From a virus (Duplodnaviria; Caudoviricetes), in IMG/VR virus record IMGVR_UViG_3300042350_003419, positions 17,975 to 81,974 of that record: a DNA stretch of 64,000 nucleotides; one strand, written 5' to 3'. The position numbers and the translations under genes are program-made. Position 1 is the first letter of the stretch, and each line of letters begins with the position of its first letter. The notes beneath the pieces are model-generated. The model had not been told where the DNA came from and did not search any database. It saw nothing but the letters and a program-made list of their open reading frames with translations. Shown piece by piece: positions 18,762 through 27,641 of the stretch.

Positions 18762-18806
18762 GCGTAAGTCCCTGTTATATCCTTATGAGGTATATCACAC
18801 TTATGC
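18762..18806 (+). ncRNA. candidate small structured RNA, copy 2
   Basis: GCGTAAGT/ACTTATGC outer stem, TATATC/GGTATA inner stem, loop CTTATGA. Confidence 0.55.
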
Positions 18807-18812
18807 CATCAT

Positions 18813-18884
18813 TCCGAGTAGCCCGCAAGGTGCGGGAGCAAACTGTTAATTTGTTATAGGTCAGTTCGATTCTGACACTCGGAG
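18813..18884 (+). tRNA. tRNA-Asn(GTT)
   Basis: Loop CTGTTAA, T-arm GTCAG-TTCGATT-CTGAC; atypical D-arm junction. Confidence 0.8.
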
Positions 18885-18938
18885 TTTTACCCTTGAAATA
18901 TGCTATTATTATAAATAGTAATAAAATATTTGTAGGGT

Positions 18939-19499
18939 ATGTCTAATAAAAAAGCAGTTTCTGATTATAGAAGAAGAGCAAAAGAATATGCTTTAAAAGC
19001 ATTTAAAGAAAAATGTGGAATATGTGGATATAATAAATGTATCGGGGCATTAGAGTTTCATCACTTAAATCCTGATGAAAAAGATTTTGGTTTATCTTCA
19101 AAAGGAGTAACTCGTGCTTGGAGTAAAGTTTCTGATGAACTCAAAAAATGTGTTTGTCTTTGTGCTAACTGTCACAGAGAAGTTCATAATGATATTACCA
19201 GTATTCCAGATGATGTGGTAAGATTTGATGAGGAATATACTATTTGGAAAAGTGAGTTTACTAAAAAAATGATTCCTTGTCCAGTATGTAATTCTGAAAT
19301 GTCTATTAGGCAGAAATATTGCTCTGATAAATGTGCTAAAAAGGTTAGAGAAAAGGCAAACTATCCAAGTGATGAAGAACTTTTAGAAATGGTTAAAAGT
19401 TATGGTTATTCTCATACTGGTAGAGTTTTTGGTGTAAATGGAAATTCTATTAAAAAAAGATTACAGCGACGAGGACTATTGACAACTACGTCAAAATAA
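18939..19499 (+). CDS. HNH homing endonuclease
   Basis: CGICGY...LEFHHLNP...CVCLCANCHREVH plus Zn-finger/HTH C-terminus; late promoter 18910-18917. Confidence 0.88.
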   Translation: MSNKKAVSDYRRRAKEYALKAFKEKCGICGYNKCIGALEFHHLNPDEKDFGLSSKGVTRAWSKVSDELKKCVCLCANCHREVHNDITSIPDDVVRFDEEYTIWKSEFTKKMIPCPVCNSEMSIRQKYCSDKCAKKVREKANYPSDEELLEMVKSYGYSHTGRVFGVNGNSIKKRLQRRGLLTTTSK

Positions 19500-19666
19500 T
19501 GTAACATATATAAGTCGGTTCTGGGTGGAACTCCCAGAAGTTCCGTTAGGGACTGTCCTTTGTAGGTTCGATACCTACATCTTCCTTATGGGAGATAAGA
19601 ACGGCTACTGGAAACCTTACTAAATCCTAAGTTTTCTTAGGTCGGGGATTTGATCACCCCCGTGTT

Positions 19667-19737
19667 GCCCTATAAGCATTGTGGTGATGCAGCAGTTTTG
19701 TAAACTGCAGAGAACAGTTCAATTCTGTTATGGGGCT
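19667..19737 (+). tRNA. tRNA-Thr(TGT)
   Basis: Loop TTTGTAA. Confidence 0.88.
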
Positions 19738-19815
19738 TGACATAATACTCATTATGTCATATACTTCATATGTCCGTGTGAAGGCAAGTGCCGGGAGAGT
19801 CAAATCTCCCACATT

Positions 19816-19887
19816 GCGGATTTAATTCAGTGGTAGAATGGCTGCCTTCCAAGCAGTTCGTCAGGGGTTCGAATCCCCTAATCCGCT
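19816..19887 (+). tRNA. tRNA-Gly(TCC)
   Basis: GCGGATT acceptor, loop CTTCCAA. Confidence 0.93.
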
Positions 19888-19945
19888 TGCTCCATAATTC
19901 CTGGAGCTTCTAAATAAACACTGTAGTTGTAAATCTTAACACAAT

Positions 19946-20830
19946 ATGACTTTTCAAAATATTATTGCTGCCGGTGTAGTTGCTGCGTCTTCTATCGCTT
20001 CTCCTGCAATGGCACAAGTCACCAGCGTTAAGCAACTGGGTGATGTTCAACCCACCCAGTGGTCTTATCAAGCAATCACTAATCTGGTAGAGCGTTACGG
20101 TTGTGTTGCTGGTTATCCTGATGGCACTTTCCGTCCCGGTCAACCTGCTACTCGTGCTGAACTTGCTGCTCTGACGAATGCCTGCCTTGACCGCATTAGT
20201 GAGTATCAAACCGCTGCTGATGCTGCTCTTGCCGCTGCCCTGCGTGCTGAATTCTCTAAAGAGATTGCTGCAACCAATACTCGTGTGAGTGCTCTTGAGG
20301 TTGCTGCTGCTCAAAAGGCACAAGGAGTTGGTAACTATCTAGGTGTTGGTGTGCTTCTCGATCAGCAAGGTGTTGCTGGCAATGGTTACAGTGCTCAGCG
20401 TACTGTTTCTGGTGCCACGATTCAAGCACGATATGCCGTGAAGAACTTCACTAATCTGAATGCTGTTTCGGTCCGCCCCTATGCCAACCTTGTTGGTAGT
20501 CCTGCTGGTCAAATCGGTGCTGGTGGTGGTGCTCTGGTTTCCTATGATTGGAGTATTTCCCGTGCCAAGAGTGGTGTGAGTCGTGCCAATGTGTATGCTG
20601 GTGCTGGTTATCAGATTCCTTTCGTGAATGAAACTGCTGCTAACTATCAGTCTGCTGTCGGCAATCGTGGTCAATTTGTTCTTGCTCTTGGAGTCGAAGG
20701 TCGTATCAGCAATTCACTCGTTGGTTTTGCTGACCTGAAGTTCCCTACCACCAATTCTGCTAACAGTTACGGTGCTACCAATGGAACTTACTCACCAGTC
20801 TTCACTACTGGTCTTGGTTTCAAGTTCTGA
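19946..20830 (+). CDS. SLH-domain outer-membrane protein (cyanobacterial porin-like N-terminus)
   Basis: Signal peptide; DVQPTQWSYQAITNLVERYGCVAGYPDGTFRP...TRAE; C-terminal GLGFKF beta-signal. Confidence 0.85.
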   Translation: MTFQNIIAAGVVAASSIASPAMAQVTSVKQLGDVQPTQWSYQAITNLVERYGCVAGYPDGTFRPGQPATRAELAALTNACLDRISEYQTAADAALAAALRAEFSKEIAATNTRVSALEVAAAQKAQGVGNYLGVGVLLDQQGVAGNGYSAQRTVSGATIQARYAVKNFTNLNAVSVRPYANLVGSPAGQIGAGGGALVSYDWSISRAKSGVSRANVYAGAGYQIPFVNETAANYQSAVGNRGQFVLALGVEGRISNSLVGFADLKFPTTNSANSYGATNGTYSPVFTTGLGFKF

Positions 20831-20909
20831 TATTTGAATACATAGTGTGAATTGGGGAGTTGACAACGACTCCCCTTTTCAGTATAATAAGTATCGAGTC
20901 AGGAGGATT

Positions 20910-21068
20910 ATGTCTCTTATATCCCAAATGGACCGCCAAATGGTTATTGAAGCACTTGAATATTACGTTCAGAAACTCAAAGAAGATAACTGCACCGAGA
21001 ATTCTATTACTGCATTTCAAACACTTCTTAATTGGATAGAACTGGAGTATTATAAGAATGAAAATTAA
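20910..21068 (+). CDS. hypothetical protein
   Basis: AGGAGG SD, sigma70 promoter upstream. Confidence 0.65.
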   Translation: MSLISQMDRQMVIEALEYYVQKLKEDNCTENSITAFQTLLNWIELEYYKNEN

Positions 21069-21222
21069 TTTGTGGTTCTGCTCCGAAATGAATCATTGGA
21101 GGTGGACTCTCTGCGATAGTTCTCGTCCAATTCGTAAACAGGAATCTGGGCAAAGAGAAAATCTCCGTGATGCTATGAGCGATATTGCCAATACTGTAGA
21201 GTATATGCTAGGATCTCATTGA
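21058..21222 (+). CDS. hypothetical protein
   Basis: MKINLWFCSEMNHWRWTL..., 54 aa, below the ORF-track cutoff. Confidence 0.55.
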   Translation: MKINLWFCSEMNHWRWTLCDSSRPIRKQESGQRENLRDAMSDIANTVEYMLGSH

Positions 21223-21229
21223 TTTTATT

Positions 21230-21302
21230 GCCCGATGACCCAGCAAGTGAAGGGACCTGATTTACACTCAGACATCGACGGGAGCATTACCTGTATCGGG
21301 CA
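21230..21302 (+). tRNA. tRNA-Val(TAC), atypical
   Basis: GCCCGAT/ATCGGGC acceptor, loop TTTACAC, T-loop AGCATTA. Confidence 0.75.
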
Positions 21303-21334
21303 CTTATTATAAATACTTGAAAAGTATTGGTGTA

Positions 21335-21769
21335 ATGGAAAAACTTTATAAATTATTAAGTGATACTCAAGCATCACTTTTTTTGCTATTCCAAAAAACC
21401 TGGGTCTATCACTGGCATGTTGTAGGACCAGACTTTAAGCAAATTCATGATTTGTTTGGAGATCAATATGAAGCAATTCAAGAAGAAGTTGATCGTATAG
21501 CAGAACATATGAGATTTTTGGGTATTAAACCTATCAGCTCTTTATCTAGAGTTCTGGAAGTCTCTGGTGTTGGGGAAGCAAAAACTAATATTTCTGAAAT
21601 GGAAATGATTAAAGATTTACTTGATGGGCATAAAAAGATTATAGATATGTTAGGTGAAGTTGCTGAAGAAGCAGAAGCACAAAAGTCAAGAGGAACTGTT
21701 AATCTTGTTGATGATTTAAATGAAGCACACGGTAAGTTCGTTTGGATGCTTCGTTCATTTACTGAATAA
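21335..21769 (+). CDS. dps: Dps ferritin-like DNA protection protein
   Basis: KTWVYHWHVVGPDFKQIHDLF...DRIAEH...HGKFVWML. Confidence 0.9.
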   Translation: MEKLYKLLSDTQASLFLLFQKTWVYHWHVVGPDFKQIHDLFGDQYEAIQEEVDRIAEHMRFLGIKPISSLSRVLEVSGVGEAKTNISEMEMIKDLLDGHKKIIDMLGEVAEEAEAQKSRGTVNLVDDLNEAHGKFVWMLRSFTE

Positions 21770-21781
21770 TTAATTGTAAAG

Positions 21782-22042
21782 ATGGAAAATTTAAAAATTA
21801 GATGTAAATCTTGCGGAAGTGAGATAGAAGGAAAGTCTGGAAAAACAGTTGCGTGTGGATGCCCTAATATGGCAACTGTTCGTAATAATGAAAATATTGC
21901 GGCACTTGACTTATCAAAGGTTGTCATAATAAACTATATGAGTACCAAAGAGAAATCTAATGTTCTTACTAATGAAGACCTTGCCTTTCAAGAAGCAAGG
22001 CGTCGGCGTAAAGTAAGACGCTTAGATTTTGAAGTCCGATAA
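21782..22042 (+). CDS. small Zn-ribbon hypothetical protein
   Basis: CKSCG...CGC. Confidence 0.65.
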   Translation: MENLKIRCKSCGSEIEGKSGKTVACGCPNMATVRNNENIAALDLSKVVIINYMSTKEKSNVLTNEDLAFQEARRRRKVRRLDFEVR

Positions 22043-22052
22043 GGACTTATTT

Positions 22053-22135
22053 GGAGAGAGTCCGGTTGGTCGAGGACACCGCCTTGAAAGCGGCTGGGTT
22101 TAAAAGCTTCGCAGGTTCGATTCCTGTTCTCTCCG
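22053..22135 (+). tRNA. tRNA-Ser(TGA)
   Basis: Long variable arm, loop CTTGAAA. Confidence 0.9.
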
Positions 22136-22249
22136 TTACAAATGCTACAAAATTTTAGATTTTTTTAATCTATATTTTTGTATCAACACATAGTTGACAT
22201 TTGCAAAATACTTACTAAGATAACTAGTAAGTATCAAACTAAATTCCCA

Positions 22250-22402
22250 ATGGATGATCACACTTACCAAAATTGGGTGAAAATTAAAGCAACCTTTGAA
22301 AACTCTGGTAATACTGACAATACATTTTACCGAAGAGCGTGTGAAATAGTCAAAACCAAAAAAGATCCTCTCGCAAAGTATCTTGGAGATAAGAATGACT
22401 AA
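22250..22402 (+). CDS. hypothetical protein
   Basis: MDDHTYQNWVKIK... Confidence 0.55.
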   Translation: MDDHTYQNWVKIKATFENSGNTDNTFYRRACEIVKTKKDPLAKYLGDKND

Positions 22403-22473
22403 CACACTTATAGTTGCTGTTATTCTTCTCGGATTAATTTCATTCTTCATTCAGTGGAGTCTTACGCACGCAT

Positions 22474-22659
22474 ATGGATAAGCAAAGATATAGTTTCGCT
22501 ATGACTTGCTTTGTAAGGTCTTATGGCAGACATGTCTTGAATGATAATCACATCAAACAGTTTTGTAGGGAATGGTCTGAATGGGGGGTAGATGCTCCAT
22601 TAGGCGATATTGTAGATCAATACTTCCATTATGAATATAAGAATTGGAGAGGAATATGA
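22474..22659 (+). CDS. hypothetical protein
   Basis: 61 aa; resembles 46341..46547 (AMTCFVRSYG vs IMSSFARTYG; VDQYF...NW vs VDLYF...NW). Confidence 0.6.
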   Translation: MDKQRYSFAMTCFVRSYGRHVLNDNHIKQFCREWSEWGVDAPLGDIVDQYFHYEYKNWRGI

Positions 22660-22846
22660 TTTTTCACATTGTGGAATATCTGGCACAAAGTCCAGTTTGG
22701 TTGGGTCTTTGTGGGGCAGGATTGACAGTTGCCCCGATTATGGGTATAATGCTTATACACAAACAAAATGGTAAGTAACTTGTTTTGAGATAATCCCGAA
22801 ACTTATTACTTTTATAAATAGTTATAAGAAAAGGTTTTTATCTTTT

Positions 22847-23401
22847 ATGAAAAGGCATACCACTAAAGAACAACTTTTGAGTGCTTGTGTAGGATCAAAT
22901 GGTCCAGCACAAGTTTTAAAAAAGTTAGGTTTGTGTGAAAATGGAGCAACTCGTGCTTATCTTAAAAAAATTGCTTTGCAATATGATGTAGAAATACCAA
23001 AGTATGAAACTCCAAGAAAATATGAATTAATTGAAAAAAAATGCCCTGTTTGTGGTAAAATATTTACAGCATCAAAGGGTAACAAAAGAGAAAAAACAGT
23101 TTGTTCTCGTGCCTGCTCTAATACACATTTTAGAAGCGGGGAAAATAATCCAAACTTTAAAGATGGATTTGATGGTGATAAAGCATATAGAAAAATATGC
23201 TTCAAATATCATCCAAAAAAATGCTGCATTTGTGGATTTGATCACATTGTTGAAGTTCATCATATGGACTGTAACAAGGAAAATAATAACCCAAATAATT
23301 TAATTCCTCTGTGCCCAAATCACCATAGAATGTTTCATTCAAGATATCGTCAGTTAGTATCTCCACTAATTGAAGACTATATAAAATATAACCAGGAGTA
23401 A
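22847..23401 (+). CDS. HNH homing endonuclease
   Basis: CCICG...VEVHHMD...NNPNNLIPLCPNHH; GENNPNF motif; late promoter 22813-22820. Confidence 0.88.
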   Translation: MKRHTTKEQLLSACVGSNGPAQVLKKLGLCENGATRAYLKKIALQYDVEIPKYETPRKYELIEKKCPVCGKIFTASKGNKREKTVCSRACSNTHFRSGENNPNFKDGFDGDKAYRKICFKYHPKKCCICGFDHIVEVHHMDCNKENNNPNNLIPLCPNHHRMFHSRYRQLVSPLIEDYIKYNQE

Positions 23402-23463
23402 GTCAGCGGTAGACGGCACCGTTTGGGGCGGTGAAGACGTTGGTTCGATCCCAACCTTCTGGA
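23392..23463 (+). tRNA. tRNA-Pro(TGG)
   Basis: CCAGGAG/CTTCTGG acceptor, loop TTTGGGG; overlaps the HNH stop codon. Confidence 0.88.
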
Positions 23464-23487
23464 TTGCCAGTTTCTTCACTGGTACAC

Positions 23488-23516
23488 TTGACACAAAACT
23501 CTCCAACCCTTATAAT
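23488..23516 (+). promoter_or_regulatory. consensus sigma70 promoter
   Basis: TTGACA-17-TATAAT. Confidence 0.8.
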
Positions 23517-23539
23517 ACTAGAGTAAACAAATCAAAGCA

Positions 23540-23755
23540 ATGTCTCTGGCTATCAAATTCAAGAAAGATATTAGTACTCTTCGTGCCGCAGCGAATGGTG
23601 ATTTTTATCTTGATGTAAAGAATCCGAAACTTTATAAAAAGATTCGTCGTTATTATCAAAATGAAGGAGTAATCTTCTCCGATGATCCTTTGGATAATTA
23701 TGATATTCTTATTGAGTGCATCGCTCAAGATCTTGAATCTGTTGAAGTTGCATGA
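23540..23755 (+). CDS. conserved cyanophage hypothetical protein
   Basis: LDVKNPKLYKKIRRYY motif. Confidence 0.7.
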   Translation: MSLAIKFKKDISTLRAAANGDFYLDVKNPKLYKKIRRYYQNEGVIFSDDPLDNYDILIECIAQDLESVEVA

Positions 23756-24003
23756 TTAAAGTTCTTTTAGAGCGTGAAGGATATCGCTTTATTGAATCGG
23801 GTATTCTTGAGATAAACGGTAAACCTGATTATCGTTTACAAAAGCAAAATTATTACACCAAACGATGGAATGATATTTATCTTTTTGATAATAGTCTACA
23901 ATGTTCTACTGCAATGGAGGATCACCAATATTGTAGGTGGTTAGATCCAGAAAGAGTTCCTTGTTATATAAAAGATGACAAAGAAGACACGGATGGTCTA
24001 TAA
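23752..24003 (+). CDS. hypothetical protein
   Basis: ATGA overlap with upstream gene. Confidence 0.65.
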   Translation: MIKVLLEREGYRFIESGILEINGKPDYRLQKQNYYTKRWNDIYLFDNSLQCSTAMEDHQYCRWLDPERVPCYIKDDKEDTDGL

Positions 24004-24031
24004 CAGCACTTGTCAGTTATGAATCCCCCTT

Positions 24032-24259
24032 ATGTCTAAAACAAGTATCCTGAGATACATTGGCAACTTTCTCCTCTTACTTGGTTATCAAATCATGTTG
24101 TGGGGAGATTTTAAAAGTGGTTTGATGATAAAATTTATCGGAGGACTACTCGGTATTCCTTTTGCTATCAAGCTCAAACTCTGGGATGTGTTATTTTTAA
24201 TATCATTTTTTGGCATTTCTGAGATATCAAAATTATCCCAACTTTTCTTGGTTTCGTAA
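24032..24259 (+). CDS. small membrane protein
   Basis: Three hydrophobic segments. Confidence 0.65.
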   Translation: MSKTSILRYIGNFLLLLGYQIMLWGDFKSGLMIKFIGGLLGIPFAIKLKLWDVLFLISFFGISEISKLSQLFLVS

Positions 24260-24264
24260 AACCA

Positions 24265-24392
24265 AGTGGTGGAGTCAAGTTCAAACCCTGATTTGCCCTC
24301 GTCGTATGGGCATTATAAGTGACGACTGGTGCGGATGGGACTCTCTCCCGCCTGGTTTCTTATTTCCAGTCAAAGAATAAGTGGCGAGCCTA
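24265..24392 (+). ncRNA. wcaG RNA motif
   Basis: TGGTGCGGATGGG...CCCGCC.GGTTTCTTATTTCC...AAGAATAAGTGGCG matches the cyanophage wcaG motif as recalled; lies upstream of gmd/fcl; boundaries approximate. Confidence 0.7.
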
Positions 24393-24459
24393 AAGACCCC
24401 AAAGGGGGAGTTGCATAAACTCTCCTTTTTTGCTATAATAATAAAAAAGTAGTTCTTAT

Positions 24460-25461
24460 ATGAAAGTTGCTTTAATTTCTGGGATCACGGGGCAAGATGG
24501 TTCATATCTTGCCGAACTTCTTTTGGAAAAAGGATATGAAGTTCACGGTATTATTCGTCGTGCCTCCCAAATCAATACGCAAAGAATAGATCATATTTAC
24601 AATCAAATTAAGTTGCATTATGGAGATCTTACTGACTCTACAAATCTTGTGAGAGTTATTCAGCAAGTTCAACCCGATGAAATATATAATCTAGGTGCTC
24701 AAAGTCACGTAAAGGTTTCTTTTGAGATGCCTGAATATACTGGTATGGTTGATGGTCTTGGAACTCTTCGTATTTTAGAATCAGTTCGTCTTCTTGGAAT
24801 GGAAAATAAGACTCGTATCTATCAAGCATCAACATCAGAAATGTTTGGTAAAGTACAAGAAATTCCTCAAAAAGAAACCACGCCTTTTTATCCTCGTTCA
24901 CCTTATGGAGTTGCAAAAGTCTATGGATACTGGATTACAAAAAACTACAGAGAATCTTACGGACTACACGCAAGTTCTGGAATTCTTTTCAATCACGAAT
25001 CCCCTAGAAGAGGAGAAACTTTTGTCACAAGAAAAATCACTAGAGGATTATCACGCATTTCAGTTGGGGAACAAGATATACTATATCTCGGGAATTTAAA
25101 TGCCAAGAGGGACTGGGGACACGCCAGGGACTTTGTAGAGGCGATGTGGTTAATGCTTCAGCAGGATGAACCTGATGACTATGTAATCGCCACAGGAGAG
25201 CAGTATTCGGTGCGTGAGTTCGTTGAGGAAGCAGCACCCTATTTTGGAATGAAGATTGCTTGGGAAGGTGAAGGACTTGATGAAGTTGGATATGATACTT
25301 ATTCTGGAAACCAAGTCATTCAGGTCAATCCTAAATATTTTAGACCTGCTGAAGTAGAGACTTTATTAGGTGATGCCACTAAGGCAAAGAAAAAATTAGG
25401 TTGGGAACCTAAAATTTTATTTAAACAATTAGTTGAGGATATGTGCATTTATGGACAATAG
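24460..25461 (+). CDS. gmd: GDP-mannose 4,6-dehydratase
   Basis: [35 protein letters not shown]. Confidence 0.96.
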   Translation: MKVALISGITGQDGSYLAELLLEKGYEVHGIIRRASQINTQRIDHIYNQIKLHYGDLTDSTNLVRVIQQVQPDEIYNLGAQSHVKVSFEMPEYTGMVDGLGTLRILESVRLLGMENKTRIYQASTSEMFGKVQEIPQKETTPFYPRSPYGVAKVYGYWITKNYRESYGLHASSGILFNHESPRRGETFVTRKITRGLSRISVGEQDILYLGNLNAKRDWGHARDFVEAMWLMLQQDEPDDYVIATGEQYSVREFVEEAAPYFGMKIAWEGEGLDEVGYDTYSGNQVIQVNPKYFRPAEVETLLGDATKAKKKLGWEPKILFKQLVEDMCIYGQ

Positions 25462-26701
25462 TATGTTTCATAAAATAGAAAAATGTAGAGTCTGTGGTAA
25501 TGAACATTATTCCACAGTTTTAGACCTGGGAAATCAATATCTATCTGGAATTTTTCCAAAATCTATAGATTTTGATATGTATCGTGGTCCCTTAAAACTT
25601 GTTAAGTGTGATGAATTAACGGGTGGATGTGGGCACGTTCAATTGGAGCATACCTTTGATCTTCCTACGATGTATGGGGAAGAATATGGGTATCGTTCTG
25701 GATTAAATGCCAGTATGGTAAAACATCTAAAATCTAAGTGTGAAAAAATTTCTAATTTTCTTGATCTAAAAGAAAATGATATTGTGATTGATATTGCCGG
25801 AAATGATGGAACATTCCTTGGATTCTTTTCACCAGAATTAAAACTGGTAAGTATTGATCCAACTTCTAAAAAGTTTTCAAAGTATTTCAAAGAACATGTA
25901 GATTATATCGCAGACTTTTTTACTGAAAAAACTTTTAGACAATTCTTTGGAGATTTTAATGCAAAGTTAGTAACTTCATTTTCAATGTTCTATGACTTAG
26001 AAGATCCTTGTCAGTTTGCTAAAGAGGTTAATTCTATTTTAGATCCCGAAGATGGAATTTGGGTTTTGGAGCAGAGTTATATGCCTGAGATGCTTCGTGC
26101 AAATTCTTTTGATACTGTATGCCATGAGCATCTATCATATTATGGAATGCGACAACTAAAATACATCATGGATCAGGCAGGATTGAAGATTATTGATTTT
26201 GAATTTAATGATGTAAATGGTGGAAGCATTTCACTTGTAGTTGCAAATAAAGACAGTAAATATGAAGAGGCAACTCAAATGTTAAATGATCTTCTTCAAG
26301 AAGAATTGGATCTTAAACTTAACACTACTGAACCTTGGAATGATTTTTCTTTCCGCATTGAAGAATGTAGAATTAAGTTTTGGCAACTTATTAACAAGTG
26401 TAAAGAAGATGGATTAAAAATTGCTGCCCTTGGAGCTAGTACAAAGGGTAATGTAACACTTCAAACTTGGGGGGTTACTAATGATGATATTACTGTTGTA
26501 GGTGAAGTTAATCCTGATAAAGATGGATCATTTACACCAGGAACTTGGATACCAATTAGAAATGAAGATTCTGTAATTGAAGAATATGATATTTTTATAA
26601 TTCTTCCTTGGCACTTTAAAAATTTCTTTATTAATAGTACAAAGTTCAAAGGTAAAAAATTATTGTTCCCACTCCCCAATGCCGAAATTGTAATTCCTTA
26701 A
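25451..26701 (+). CDS. NDP-sugar C-methyltransferase (SAM-dependent)
   Basis: CRVCG Zn site, [27 protein letters not shown]; start 25451 or 25463. Confidence 0.85.
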   Translation: MDNSMFHKIEKCRVCGNEHYSTVLDLGNQYLSGIFPKSIDFDMYRGPLKLVKCDELTGGCGHVQLEHTFDLPTMYGEEYGYRSGLNASMVKHLKSKCEKISNFLDLKENDIVIDIAGNDGTFLGFFSPELKLVSIDPTSKKFSKYFKEHVDYIADFFTEKTFRQFFGDFNAKLVTSFSMFYDLEDPCQFAKEVNSILDPEDGIWVLEQSYMPEMLRANSFDTVCHEHLSYYGMRQLKYIMDQAGLKIIDFEFNDVNGGSISLVVANKDSKYEEATQMLNDLLQEELDLKLNTTEPWNDFSFRIEECRIKFWQLINKCKEDGLKIAALGASTKGNVTLQTWGVTNDDITVVGEVNPDKDGSFTPGTWIPIRNEDSVIEEYDIFIILPWHFKNFFINSTKFKGKKLLFPLPNAEIVIP

Positions 26702-26705
26702 TATC

Positions 26706-27641
26706 ATGAAAAAACAATCTAAAATATTTGTTGCGGGACACCGAGGACTTGTTGGATCTGCCATTGTGAGAAACTTAAAAGAAAATGGATATACAAATAT
26801 TCTTACTAAAACTCGTCAAGAGTTGGATCTTTTAAATCAAAAAGATGTTCTTGATTTTTTTGAAGATCAAAAACCAGAGTATGTTTTTGATGCAGCTGCC
26901 CGTGTTGGTGGTATCTATGCAAATGATACATTCTCTGGAGATTTTATCTACGAGAACATACAAATTCAAACTAATTTGATTAATAGTTCTTATAGATCTG
27001 GTGTAGAAAAGTTCTTATTTCTTGGATCTGTTTGCATCTATCCCAAGTTTGCTGAAGTCCCGGTTAAAGAGGAATCTCTTCTTACTGGATATCTTGAACC
27101 AACAAATGATGCTTATGCTATAGCAAAGATATCTGGAATTAAAATGCTTCAGGCATATAATAAACAGTATGGATTTAAAGGAGTCTCACTAATGCCATCG
27201 AATCTTTATGGTATTGGAGATAATTTTCATCCAGATAATGGTCATGTAATTCCGGCAATGATGACAAAATTTAATAACTCAAATGGAAAATCTGTAACTT
27301 TTTGGGGAGATGGTACTCCAATGCGAGAATTTCTTTATTCTGATGACCTTGCGGATGCTTGTTTATTTGCGATGGATAATTTTGAGAATGCTGAATTGAT
27401 TAATGTTGGATCTGGAGAAAATATTAGTATTAAGAATTTAGCACAAACTGTAGCATCTGTTGTTGGTTATACTGGTGAAATTGAATGGGATACTTCTCGT
27501 CCGAATGGTACTCCAAACAGACCATTGGATTGTTCAAAAATGACAAATTTTGGATGGAAACCAAAATATACTTTATATGATGGATTGAAAAAAACCTATC
27601 AATGGTTTATAGAAAATTCCCACCATGATTCCTTAAAATAA
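26706..27641 (+). CDS. fcl: GDP-L-fucose synthase
   Basis: AGHRGLVGSA, AAARVGGI, LGSVCIYP, YAIAK. Confidence 0.95.
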   Translation: MKKQSKIFVAGHRGLVGSAIVRNLKENGYTNILTKTRQELDLLNQKDVLDFFEDQKPEYVFDAAARVGGIYANDTFSGDFIYENIQIQTNLINSSYRSGVEKFLFLGSVCIYPKFAEVPVKEESLLTGYLEPTNDAYAIAKISGIKMLQAYNKQYGFKGVSLMPSNLYGIGDNFHPDNGHVIPAMMTKFNNSNGKSVTFWGDGTPMREFLYSDDLADACLFAMDNFENAELINVGSGENISIKNLAQTVASVVGYTGEIEWDTSRPNGTPNRPLDCSKMTNFGWKPKYTLYDGLKKTYQWFIENSHHDSLK

